Source of the DNA: a bacterium | GTDB taxonomy: Bacteria > Electryoneota > Electryoneia > Electryoneales > Electryoneaceae | Length of the DNA stretch: 64,000 nt | Direction: 5' to 3' | NCBI GenBank assembly: GCA_963675295.2 | Contig: CAXXKJ010000002.1 | Span: forward strand, 3,488,001 to 3,552,000 | In this document: positions 29,073 through 38,364 of the stretch, in pieces | Layout: each line of letters opens with the position of its first letter | Position numbering within the stretch: the stretch's first letter is position 1 | Position numbers and translations under genes: made by a program | The notes under the pieces: model-generated | Databases searched by the model: none | What the model was told of the DNA's origin: nothing | Seen by the model: the letters and a program-made list of their open reading frames with translations, nothing else

Positions 29073-30794
29073 ATGAAGCAACCACGTTTGAATCGCACAT
29101 CCAGGCCGCACAGGGCCAGTACGTCTGAGCCGCACAGAGCCAGTACGTCGAAGCCGCGCAAAGCCGGTACTTCAGTGCCGTATAAGTCCACCGTTACCGA
29201 ATCCGCGTTTGCGAGCAAACACGGCCACGTATCAATGCACGGGCGGCTGACCCGCACCAGCCAGCTGGTACGGGCACACACACCAAGGGCGTACAACCTC
29301 CTCGCGTCCGCGTCTGCAAGCAGACACGGCCACGTATCAATGCACGGGCGGCTGACCCGCACCAGCCAGCTGGTACGGGCACACACACCAAGGGCGTACA
29401 ACCTCCTCGCGTCCGCGTCTGCAAGCAGACACGGGCACGTATCTCACGGGCACATATCTCACGGGCACGTATCTCACGGGCACATATCTCACGGGCACGT
29501 ATCTCCCCGGAACATGCCTAGCGGATCAGCCGCGTTTGCAAGCAAACACGGGCACTTATTTATCCACCCCATCCTGACGATCGTGTTGCTGCTGATGCTG
29601 ATCGCGGCGATACCGGGCTGCACACCGCGTGCGTCCGAAGAGATTCCGCGGCCGGAGGAGATTGTAAGCAAGCGGGTGATCGTGTATGACCAGCCGACGT
29701 ACGACGACCTGTCGCAGAAGTGGTCGGCGTATTATGACGCGTTCCCGTCGGAATACGCGTACGCCAACTGGATGTACGCCGCGCGGTATGCGAAGTGGGA
29801 CGATTACGAGACGTTGCTGAAGCGTGGGCTCAGCCTCTACCCTGCCAACCCGACGTTGCTGTACCTGATGTCGATGACGTTCGGCAACGGGTCGGAGGAC
29901 GCGCTGGCGTACACCGAGCGTGCGATCTACCTCGATCCGGGGTATACCGACCCGTATTTCAACCTCGTCGGCGAGGCGATGGCACGTGGCGACGACGAAC
30001 GCACGCGGACGGCGTTGGCGAAACTGCTCGAGCAGGGCGCGGTGGACGACCTCGTGCTGGATTACGGTTACAACATGCTGGCGACGTTGCAGCCGGACGC
30101 GATCCTGATCACGAACGGCGACAATGATACGTACCCGTGCTGGATTCTGCAGCAGGAGCTGGGGATTCGCACGGATGTGAACGTGATCAACCGGTCGTTG
30201 CTGAACACGGCGTGGTACCCAGGGTATGTGATCGAGCGTGGCGCGCCGCCGTTCATTCCGTTGGGCGAGGTAGACGCGTTCCAGGCGGAACACAAGGCGG
30301 AGTCCGGCGATCAACTGATTCTGCGGATCGTTGATGCGGCGGAGAAGCAGGGCCGGCCGGTGTATTTCGCGGCGACGATGTATGAAACTCCCGCGATCCA
30401 GCCGTTGATGGAGGATGCGCCGTTGTTCGGGCTGTCGCTGCTGGTCAGCGATCCAGGGCGGGACACGGATATCGACGCTGAACGGGAACGAGCCGCGCGG
30501 GTTATTCTGGACGAGTATCGCACGCAGGCGTTGCAAAGTTGGCGGACCCGGTACGCGTCGAAAACGGTCGCGGCGGGAGTGTCGATCTCGCGGAATTATT
30601 TCTACGCGACGTACGATCTGGCGACACATCTGGACTCGCGTACCTTGCAGCGTGACCTGTTCTTCTGGAATCGGGACAACACGTTCGGGCTGTTCGACGC
30701 GACCTCGGAGGACAACATGAAACGGGCGTGGTGCCGGATCGAGGGAGTCCCGGAAATCCGGGCGTGGTGCGAAGGTGAAGGCTACGAGGAGTAG
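29073..30794 (+). CDS. TPR-like protein with DUF2723/TMEM260-like soluble domain; repeat-expanded N-terminus
   Basis: AILITNGDNDTYPCWILQ..GIRTDVNVINRSLLNTAWY motif; hydrophobic stretch ending IPGC; GGAGAGG RBS before ATG 29073 (alternative start 29514). Confidence 0.65.
   Translation: MKQPRLNRTSRPHRASTSEPHRASTSKPRKAGTSVPYKSTVTESAFASKHGHVSMHGRLTRTSQLVRAHTPRAYNLLASASASRHGHVSMHGRLTRTSQLVRAHTPRAYNLLASASASRHGHVSHGHISHGHVSHGHISHGHVSPRNMPSGSAAFASKHGHLFIHPILTIVLLLMLIAAIPGCTPRASEEIPRPEEIVSKRVIVYDQPTYDDLSQKWSAYYDAFPSEYAYANWMYAARYAKWDDYETLLKRGLSLYPANPTLLYLMSMTFGNGSEDALAYTERAIYLDPGYTDPYFNLVGEAMARGDDERTRTALAKLLEQGAVDDLVLDYGYNMLATLQPDAILITNGDNDTYPCWILQQELGIRTDVNVINRSLLNTAWYPGYVIERGAPPFIPLGEVDAFQAEHKAESGDQLILRIVDAAEKQGRPVYFAATMYETPAIQPLMEDAPLFGLSLLVSDPGRDTDIDAERERAARVILDEYRTQALQSWRTRYASKTVAAGVSISRNYFYATYDLATHLDSRTLQRDLFFWNRDNTFGLFDATSEDNMKRAWCRIEGVPEIRAWCEGEGYEE
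29104..29556. repeat. Compound repeat cluster: 24-bp x3, 105-bp period REP-like hairpins, 15-bp x5
   Basis: CCGCGTYTGCRAGCARACACGG at 29203, 29308, 29413, 29530; CACGGGCACRTATCT x5 at 29430-29504. Confidence 0.88.
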
Positions 30795-30796
30795 CC

Positions 30797-31345
30797 GTGG
30801 ACGACTGGACGCTGTACCGGCAGGCAAAACGTGGCAACGAGGCGGCGTGGCGGATGTTGATCGCGCGGCACGGGCCACGTCTGCTCAACCTGGTCGCGTT
30901 CACGACAGGATCGCCGGAAGCGGCGCAGGACGCGGTGCAGGAGGTGTTTCTCGATTTGTACAAGCGTCCGCCGAAGCATCAGAAAGGGAGCCTGGCGTCG
31001 TACCTGAGCACGGCGGCGTGGCGGCTGGCGTTGAAGGCGAAGAAACGGCACGCGCGGGTGGTGCGGTTGCAGGTGGACGAAGATCATGCCGGTGGGATTG
31101 AAGATGAACAACCGTCGGCGCTGGACACGGTGCTCAAGTCGGAGCGGGATGTGTACGTGATGCGGGCGATCAACCGTCTCGAAGACGATCTGCGTGATGT
31201 GGTGTTGCTGCGGTTTTACGGCGGGTTGGCGTACGACGCGATCGCACGGGAAGTGGGCGTGCCGTTGGGGACGGTGAAGTCGCGGCTGTTCCGGGCGGTT
31301 CGGCTGTGTGGTGAACAGTTGAAGCAGATCGGGTGGCTGGACTGA
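30797..31345 (+). CDS. ECF RNA polymerase sigma factor
   Basis: DAVQEVF; YDAIAREVGVPLGTVKSRLFRA. Confidence 0.93.
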   Translation: MDDWTLYRQAKRGNEAAWRMLIARHGPRLLNLVAFTTGSPEAAQDAVQEVFLDLYKRPPKHQKGSLASYLSTAAWRLALKAKKRHARVVRLQVDEDHAGGIEDEQPSALDTVLKSERDVYVMRAINRLEDDLRDVVLLRFYGGLAYDAIAREVGVPLGTVKSRLFRAVRLCGEQLKQIGWLD

Positions 31346-31577
31346 CAGGTGTGAGGTATGAGGTGTGAGGAACGGATGGCTGCGGATGATTCGCGGTAGT
31401 CTTCACTGTACTGCGGGCATCGGTCGGGGACGGAAAAGCCGCGATAGCCGTCGAAACAGACCGGCGGACAATCACGGGCACCGATCCACCAACCGCTGAC
31501 AGTACGAGAGACGAAGGACCAGAGACGAGAGACCAGTGGTGAGTTGTGAGTGATGAGGAACTGATCAGGATATAAAG

Positions 31578-31961
31578 ATGAATCACATTTCAGACGATCA
31601 GGTGCTGGCGTTTGTGCTCGGCACATTGGATGAGAAGGAACGCGCGCAAGTGGCGGAACATGTCACCGTTTGCAACGACTGCGCGGCGCGGGTTGAGGAA
31701 GCGCGGCGTGAAGTGAATGCGCTGGGCGGTGTGCAGACCGTGATTCCGGTGCCGGAAATACCGTTGCCGGTGAACCGTGGCACGGTGTGGCGGGAGATTG
31801 TGAAGGCGGCGGCGGTGCTGCTGGTCGGGTTCGCGATCGGGTGGGCCGTGACATCCCAGCGTGCGCCCGAGGTGGTGACCGTGGTGCCGTATGCGGTGAA
31901 CGCGTCCGCGCCGGTGGACAGCGGGCTGGTGGCGTCGGAGGCAGTGGATTTGCGGATCTAG
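31578..31961 (+). CDS. Zinc-finger (zf-HC2) anti-sigma factor
   Basis: HVTVCNDC (HxxxCxxC) followed by a TM helix; downstream of the ECF sigma. Confidence 0.85.
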   Translation: MNHISDDQVLAFVLGTLDEKERAQVAEHVTVCNDCAARVEEARREVNALGGVQTVIPVPEIPLPVNRGTVWREIVKAAAVLLVGFAIGWAVTSQRAPEVVTVVPYAVNASAPVDSGLVASEAVDLRI

Positions 31962-32133
31962 GCAGATGACTTGCTATTGAAATCGGACGAATTCTCGTGA
32001 ATCGTATCGAATTCTCACAGCGATGTACTCCATGATATGGCGTGTCTTTTTGTCTTGCTAACAAGTTGTATTTCTTGCCAGTTGGAGCTAATTTACATAG
32101 GTACTTACACAATCACCCAATCAAGAGGTCGAC

Positions 32134-33759
32134 ATGAAACACGTATGGTCGTTGCTACTCCTCCTTTTTCTCTGCTTCCCTTCCCTTGCTCAACCACCTG
32201 AGATCGCCTGGTCTGTCAACGTCGGTGTGGTCATGGAGAGTGTCCGTCCGATAGAACGGGAAGGAGTGATCTGTGCGGGCAGTGGACAACTGGTCCGTCT
32301 GGACGATGACGGAAACATTCTCTGGACTCACGATCTCGCGCTATCGCGCTCACTCGACATGGAAGTCTGCATGGACGGTGGTTTCATCATCGGTGGTAGT
32401 GCGATGGGTGGCGATAATGCAGGCCGGATCATCAAAACCGACCGGTTCGGAGAAGAAGAATGGCGTTATGATTATGATGGACTCTGGGGTGAATGGTTTT
32501 ATGAGGTGACTCAGAATGCGAACGGTAGCATTACAGCTTTGGTAAACGGCGAAAACTCTGCTCAATATGTATTTCGACCAGACGGGACGTTGATTACCAG
32601 TTATAGCACCAATAATCATTATATTAAATCTTATCAAAACTGTAATATTGTATTTAATTATTATAGAAACGATTATTATGGTGTTTACTATGATGATATT
32701 TGGAAAACAAGTTTTTACGGAAACTCCTGGACACACAGTTTCTCGTTCAGCAATGATTCAAGGTGTTATTCGGCGATACAGACGTCAAATTATCACATCA
32801 TTCTGGCTGTCCGCTACGATTCCGAGCAACAGCTGGTCGTGTTCAATCCATGGGGACAGGTTCTTCGCGAACATCCAATCACTGATTTTCCTGGAACCAT
32901 CTTTTGGATGCATGAGACAGCCGATCACAAGCTGGTCCTCGCCGGAAGTCGGTCCTATCCCACGCCGGCGACCATGTACATGATGAAAATTGACCAGAAC
33001 TATGAGGTGGAGTGGTCGACAAATCACGTATTTCAGGCCGGGACAACTATAGTGGCCGATTTCTGTGCGACGAGTGACGGTGGGTATGTATTCACCAATG
33101 GCACATCCATTCTCAAATACAGTCCTGAGTTGACGGTCAACATTTCGCCGGAGACGAACGTCGTGCCGTCGAGTGGCGGTACAATCGTCTATGATGTCAC
33201 GTTGAACAGCCGGTTGAACGACGAGGAAACACTCGACCTGTGGCTGCGGGTGTACGGCCAGCATCGCCGAGCACATGTCAGCCATCTCGGCGAGATGACG
33301 ATTGAACCGGGCACAGTGGAAACATACACGGATTCGGTATTGATTCCCGCCTCCCTGCTGGATGGGGAGTATTTCTGTCGTTTCCACGCCGGCAGTTTTG
33401 AACCGAAGATCGTGATGGGATCGAACCGATTTGCCTTCACGAAGGGCGGGTCGGGTGTTGCTTCAGACGATCAGCTTGAGGTGAAGGTTGACCTGCCGCG
33501 TGTGATGTCAGTGGAAAGTTATCCGAACCCGTTCAATGCGATGACGACAGTGCTTGTTGACTTGGCGCGACAAACGGATTTACGTGCTGAAGTGGTCAAC
33601 GTCATGGGGCAGCGGGTGGCGGTGCTCGCGGCTGGACGGTTCGAAGCGGGCGAGTACCGGTTCGAGTTCGATGGCACCGGGCTGAGCAGCGGGATTTACC
33701 TGGTGAATGTTCAGGCCGGACGTGAACGGATACAGCAGAAGGTCATGCTGCTGCGTTGA
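32134..33759 (+). CDS. Secreted propeller-like protein with T9SS/Por-type C-terminal domain
   Basis: Signal peptide; DGGFII/DGGYV repeats; SYPNPFNAMT...LSSGIYLV...QKVMLLR. Confidence 0.85.
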   Translation: MKHVWSLLLLLFLCFPSLAQPPEIAWSVNVGVVMESVRPIEREGVICAGSGQLVRLDDDGNILWTHDLALSRSLDMEVCMDGGFIIGGSAMGGDNAGRIIKTDRFGEEEWRYDYDGLWGEWFYEVTQNANGSITALVNGENSAQYVFRPDGTLITSYSTNNHYIKSYQNCNIVFNYYRNDYYGVYYDDIWKTSFYGNSWTHSFSFSNDSRCYSAIQTSNYHIILAVRYDSEQQLVVFNPWGQVLREHPITDFPGTIFWMHETADHKLVLAGSRSYPTPATMYMMKIDQNYEVEWSTNHVFQAGTTIVADFCATSDGGYVFTNGTSILKYSPELTVNISPETNVVPSSGGTIVYDVTLNSRLNDEETLDLWLRVYGQHRRAHVSHLGEMTIEPGTVETYTDSVLIPASLLDGEYFCRFHAGSFEPKIVMGSNRFAFTKGGSGVASDDQLEVKVDLPRVMSVESYPNPFNAMTTVLVDLARQTDLRAEVVNVMGQRVAVLAAGRFEAGEYRFEFDGTGLSSGIYLVNVQAGRERIQQKVMLLR

Positions 33760-33786
33760 GGTAATCCAACATCCTGCCGCTAACAC

Positions 33787-33832
33787 AAACACATCGGGGA
33801 TACCTGCATCCAGGTATCCCCGACGTGTTTTT
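33787..33832. terminator. Probable bidirectional terminator between convergent genes
   Basis: AAACACATCGGGGATACCTG-CATC-CAGGTATCCCCGACGTGTTT. Confidence 0.75.
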
Positions 33833-33887
33833 CTCAAGTCTCAAATCTCATGTTTCAAGACTTAAGACTCAGGACTCAGGACTGTTT

Positions 33888-35714
33888 TTACTGCACCAGC
33901 ATCACCTTGCGGACCTGGTTCAGCTTGCCCGGCACGGTGGCGTGGATGAAATACAGTCCGCTTGCCAGAGTCGACGCGTCAAAGCTGAGGGTGTGCGTAC
34001 CAGCGGACGTCGACCCATTCGCCAGTATCGCGACCTGTTGACCCATGGTGTTGAAGACGGTGACGGTCAGCTCAGCAGATTCCGGCAGGGTGACCTCGAT
34101 GGAGGTGGCGGCGTTGAACGGATTCGGCCACGCATTCGTGAGGGTAAACGCTTGTGGAAGATCCGGTGTGGACGCGAGATCCGGCACCTCGATCTTGCCA
34201 CCAGCCGTCCAATCCGTCACGACCGGACCGTCCGTGGCATCGGCGTGCTTCATGAACCAGAACGAGCTCGTGACATATGGGCCGGCGAAGTAGCCAGCGT
34301 ACCCGTGGAACGTGTAGTCGCCCGCGGGAGCGGTGCCTGGAATATCCTGAGTCAGGTCGGAAACGTGGAAATTCGCCCCCGCCGGCAGGTTAAACGTCTG
34401 CTGGAACAGCGGACCGATAACGTTGCCATTCGGCAACGTGATTTTGGTCCAGTAGGTTGCCCCGTAGAACGGGCGATCGAGGTTGTTGGTCAGATGCACG
34501 TCGTATTCGAGCGTGGCGCCGTACGCCGGAATCGTGACATCGTCGTCGGGAGCAAGCACGAAATCAATGGGGACAAATTCATTTGTCTGGCGGTACCAGG
34601 AAATGCCGGCGGGATTGTAGTCGTGGGCCAACAGCACATCGAATAGCCCGTCGCCATCGACGTCTGCGATATCGGTATCACCGCAGTAATCCAGTCCTGC
34701 GTCGATCACCTGCAATTGCCACAGTGAACCGGTTCCGGTGAGGTTGTCGATCCAATACAGCACACCGTCCAATGAGGATGTCACACTCAGATCGAAATCG
34801 CCATCCTGGTCAATATCCTTCACATCCATCGCGCTGGGGTGGCTGATGAAGTCAGTGATCAGGTGTTCGGTCCAGTTTGCGCCACTGCCATCATTTTCCC
34901 ACCAGATCACTTGGTCCAGGAAAGTCAGAGTGGATACGATGTCGAGATGGCTGTCACCATTCACATCAACCACTTCGATCCCGCCGAAGCTATTATACTC
35001 CTGTGTCGGATCGATCTCATGCTGGGTGAAGACAAGACCATTGCCGGAATTCTCCCACCAATAAAGCCTACTCTCTGTGATGGTGGTAAAGTCGAGGTCA
35101 TTGTCGTGATCGAAGTCGGCAATCCGGATTTGTCCCGGCATGGATGCTTGTTCCAGCACCATGTGCTGGACCCAATCCTGGCCGAGACCGTCGGTGTTCT
35201 CCATCCAGTAGATCTTGTGATCCCAGAACCAGTGCGAGATGACGGCGTCGTTGTCACCGTCGCCATCCATGTCACCGATACCAACAAAGCGACCGTTCGC
35301 TTCGCGCACCAGATCGGTGATGATCCACTGCTGCCAACTGGTACCGGTGCCATCCACGTTCTCGTACCAGGTGACCAGTAGAGTCGGGTAGTCGGACGTG
35401 GCAACCATGTCGATGTCGCCGTCCAGGTCGACGTCCACGCATTGCGTCGAGATCACATCGTCCAGCGTGCTGGTCACGACATGTTCCACCCAGTCGATCT
35501 CGTTGCCTGTCATCACCTGTTCGTACCAGGACACGGTGCCTCTGGTAGTCGTTCCACCGGCAGCGATATCCATATCACCGTCGCCGTCCACATCGGCAGT
35601 CTGGATCTGGCGTGGAACTTCAGTGAATTGGGCTACGGAATTGGCTTCCCAGGTCTGGGCAGTTACGAGGAAAGGAACAAGCAGCACAACGAGGTACATC
35701 CAGAAACGTTTCAT
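33888..35714 (-). CDS. Secreted FG-GAP/VCBS repeat protein with T9SS/Por-type CTD
   Basis: About 7 DxDGDGDxD repeats with WYEN/WWEN; WPNPFNAAT...LASGLYF; GGAGG RBS. Confidence 0.9.
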   Translation of the reverse strand: MKRFWMYLVVLLVPFLVTAQTWEANSVAQFTEVPRQIQTADVDGDGDMDIAAGGTTTRGTVSWYEQVMTGNEIDWVEHVVTSTLDDVISTQCVDVDLDGDIDMVATSDYPTLLVTWYENVDGTGTSWQQWIITDLVREANGRFVGIGDMDGDGDNDAVISHWFWDHKIYWMENTDGLGQDWVQHMVLEQASMPGQIRIADFDHDNDLDFTTITESRLYWWENSGNGLVFTQHEIDPTQEYNSFGGIEVVDVNGDSHLDIVSTLTFLDQVIWWENDGSGANWTEHLITDFISHPSAMDVKDIDQDGDFDLSVTSSLDGVLYWIDNLTGTGSLWQLQVIDAGLDYCGDTDIADVDGDGLFDVLLAHDYNPAGISWYRQTNEFVPIDFVLAPDDDVTIPAYGATLEYDVHLTNNLDRPFYGATYWTKITLPNGNVIGPLFQQTFNLPAGANFHVSDLTQDIPGTAPAGDYTFHGYAGYFAGPYVTSSFWFMKHADATDGPVVTDWTAGGKIEVPDLASTPDLPQAFTLTNAWPNPFNAATSIEVTLPESAELTVTVFNTMGQQVAILANGSTSAGTHTLSFDASTLASGLYFIHATVPGKLNQVRKVMLVQ

Positions 35715-35990
35715 GATCAAGCCTCCCGTTTGGATCTGGATACTCATGTGGTGGCACAGTGCGCCGTCCAGCCGACAAAGATCCACCCCCCAAAAACCGG
35801 AAGTTAGCACATTCCCCCGGCTAACTCAAAGCGATACCCGCAGTTTATTGACAATTTACTTGTTGCAATACCCAGAAAACCTCCGGAGACAAGATAAACC
35901 TGAAGCGACGATTTTTCCACGAGTACAACGGGGAAATGCCGTGCGGACATTTCCCCGTAAGTAAATCATATCCAGAAGTTCAGGCAATCG

Positions 35991-38174
35991 CTACCGGACG
36001 AGCGTGATCTTGTTCGTTTGGATGGCCTCGCCGCCCATGCTGGCTTGCAGGAAGTAGGTTCCGCTGGCCAGGGAGGGTGCGTTGAAGGACAAACGGTGCT
36101 GCCCGGCCTGCATGCGGTTATCCACGAGGACGGCGACCTGTTGGCCCGCGAGGTTGTAGACCGTGACCTGCACGTCCGCGGGCGTGGGCAGAAACAGGGT
36201 CGCAGTCGTGGCGGCATTGAACGGGTTGGGGTAGGCTGGGGACAGGGTGAATTCGCCTGGCACAAAGCGAGTTTCAGACTCGGCTACCGGAAGGGCAAGG
36301 CGTCCGCTGTATACATTTACCATCCATGATTCGGCGGTATAGATATAATCTCCCTGAATCGCGACACCAAGCGTGATGCCGGGTGTGGGATAGTATCCAC
36401 GCAGAATCGGACTGGTTGGATTTTGTACGTCAATAATCCGCATCCCGATATCTTCCCTTGTGTTGCAGAGAAATCCATCCTGGAATGCCAGATTGTCGGT
36501 TGAGTAACTGTGATGATATATCTCTTCGGGGTAGTACGGGTCAGTGACATCAAAGATATAGTAACCATAATGCCGGTCGGCCAGAAACAGAATGCCGTCG
36601 TTCAGAACGAGATCCTCTCCATAGTAGGGCGCGTTGTGTTCACTGACGAGGACTGGATTTGCCGGATCCTGAACATCAAATATTCGTAATCCCCAATGCG
36701 GCACAACGAAGTATATATAATTGCCCGCTGCCACAATACATCTGGGGGCGAAATAATAGGAAACGGTCGCCACTTCCATTGGATTGGCTGGATCAGAAAT
36801 ATCAACGATGCTGATCCCTTCGAGGTCGGCTGTTCCGAGGTAGGCGTGTGTTCCTTGCACGGTCACGGATCTGGCTGTTCCACGGGTACTGCAGTGTCCG
36901 ATCTGCGTGATTGAAGCCGGATCTGAAATGTCAAGGATGAGCAGGTCACCCTCCCAATCTGCCAGGAAAGCGGTATTGCCATCGATGCAGACGTCCTGCG
37001 TGTAATTTGGCGTGTCAAACGACCCGACAAAGTGTGGATTTTCTGGATTGCTGATATCCAGTACGCGTAGTCCGCCGTCGTCATCCGTAATGTACGCAAG
37101 GTCGCCCTCAACGATGATTCCATTTGCTTCACCCGGTTTCTCAAACGTACCAATCTGTTCGAATGTGTTTTGATAATTGAGATCAAAGACATGTAACGCC
37201 TTGGGAACGTTTTCGGTAAAGTATAGTTCTTCTTCATAAACACAAACATCCCCAGGGTAATATTCAGTGTAATGTGATGTAATCATAGTTGGATTATCGG
37301 GATCTGCTACGTTAATCATTAGTAGAGCGTTTTCATGGTAACCAGTGCCACTTGTTCGGACAAAAACCCTGTAGTCTGAAGTTTTTATAGATTCGGGACA
37401 ACCAGATAAGCTTATATTTCCTCTGACAAGAGGAAAGTTAGGATTTGTTACATCAACAACTTCCATTCTGTAATCTAATATATCTATTTCCCCAATATAA
37501 ACATAGTTGTCTTGCTTTGCAAGACGCAAAGGACAATATTCCAGTTCAACATATCCAACAGAGACAAGATCATAGGGATCGCTGATATCAACAACCACAA
37601 GATGTTGATTGGTAGAGTCAGTCAAATAGGCATAATCGTCATCTATGACCGCGTCATATATATTTGCATTTGTTGAATACACGCCAATAACCTGTGGGTA
37701 TTCGGGATCACTGACATCAATGATCTGCATTGCATTCTGGCCATCTGCAAAGGCAAACAAGAGGTTATCGCGGATGATGAGTTTATACACATATCCAAGT
37801 GCATAGCTGTATCCAATCTCGACAGGGTTCGCGGGATCGGAGATATCGAACACATAGATATCGCCTTCATACAAACCGACATAGGCATAGCCAGCTGATC
37901 CGGTGGCTGAATATGTGTTTCCCTGAATGGGAACATGACCAATTTCCGTGATCGCAGTGGGGTCCGAAACGTCAAGCAGATACAATCCCGATCGACCAGT
38001 TGTGAGGTATCCGATATCATCGACAACTGAAATTCTGCCCATTCTATAGAGGTAGTCGTCGTACGAACCGACTTGCCTTACCCGCAGGCTGTCCTGTGCA
38101 GAAGAAGGTGAGGTGAACGTGAGGAATACGAAGGCGAACAGAAACGCTGCTGTGGACAAGGTCAACCGATTCAT
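35991..38174 (-). CDS. Secreted LVIVD-repeat protein with T9SS/Por-type CTD
   Basis: Many LxIxDISDPxNP repeats; AYPNPFNAAT...LASGTYF. Confidence 0.9.
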   Translation of the reverse strand: MNRLTLSTAAFLFAFVFLTFTSPSSAQDSLRVRQVGSYDDYLYRMGRISVVDDIGYLTTGRSGLYLLDVSDPTAITEIGHVPIQGNTYSATGSAGYAYVGLYEGDIYVFDISDPANPVEIGYSYALGYVYKLIIRDNLLFAFADGQNAMQIIDVSDPEYPQVIGVYSTNANIYDAVIDDDYAYLTDSTNQHLVVVDISDPYDLVSVGYVELEYCPLRLAKQDNYVYIGEIDILDYRMEVVDVTNPNFPLVRGNISLSGCPESIKTSDYRVFVRTSGTGYHENALLMINVADPDNPTMITSHYTEYYPGDVCVYEEELYFTENVPKALHVFDLNYQNTFEQIGTFEKPGEANGIIVEGDLAYITDDDGGLRVLDISNPENPHFVGSFDTPNYTQDVCIDGNTAFLADWEGDLLILDISDPASITQIGHCSTRGTARSVTVQGTHAYLGTADLEGISIVDISDPANPMEVATVSYYFAPRCIVAAGNYIYFVVPHWGLRIFDVQDPANPVLVSEHNAPYYGEDLVLNDGILFLADRHYGYYIFDVTDPYYPEEIYHHSYSTDNLAFQDGFLCNTREDIGMRIIDVQNPTSPILRGYYPTPGITLGVAIQGDYIYTAESWMVNVYSGRLALPVAESETRFVPGEFTLSPAYPNPFNAATTATLFLPTPADVQVTVYNLAGQQVAVLVDNRMQAGQHRLSFNAPSLASGTYFLQASMGGEAIQTNKITLVR

Positions 38175-38364
38175 GGCGAGTCCCCCTGGTGACCGGATTG
38201 ATAGATCGATGCAGATTTCAGAGTAGCAAACACTTTCTATTAACTTATCCGGCGTATCCCCGATCCGCAACTTCCGAGCGCTCCCTCCCCTTCTCCGTTG
38301 CCGGATTCGGCAGGCTTCAGTATCTTCCGGACCCATCCCACCTGCTGAATGGAGGACTGCACAA

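Noticed and set aside
29203-29556. Possible CRISPR array (palindromic repeats at regular spacing)
   Set aside because: The intervening sequences are duplicated rather than unique, the period is 105 bp, there are no cas genes, and the same hairpin occurs dispersed at 47788 and 47860.
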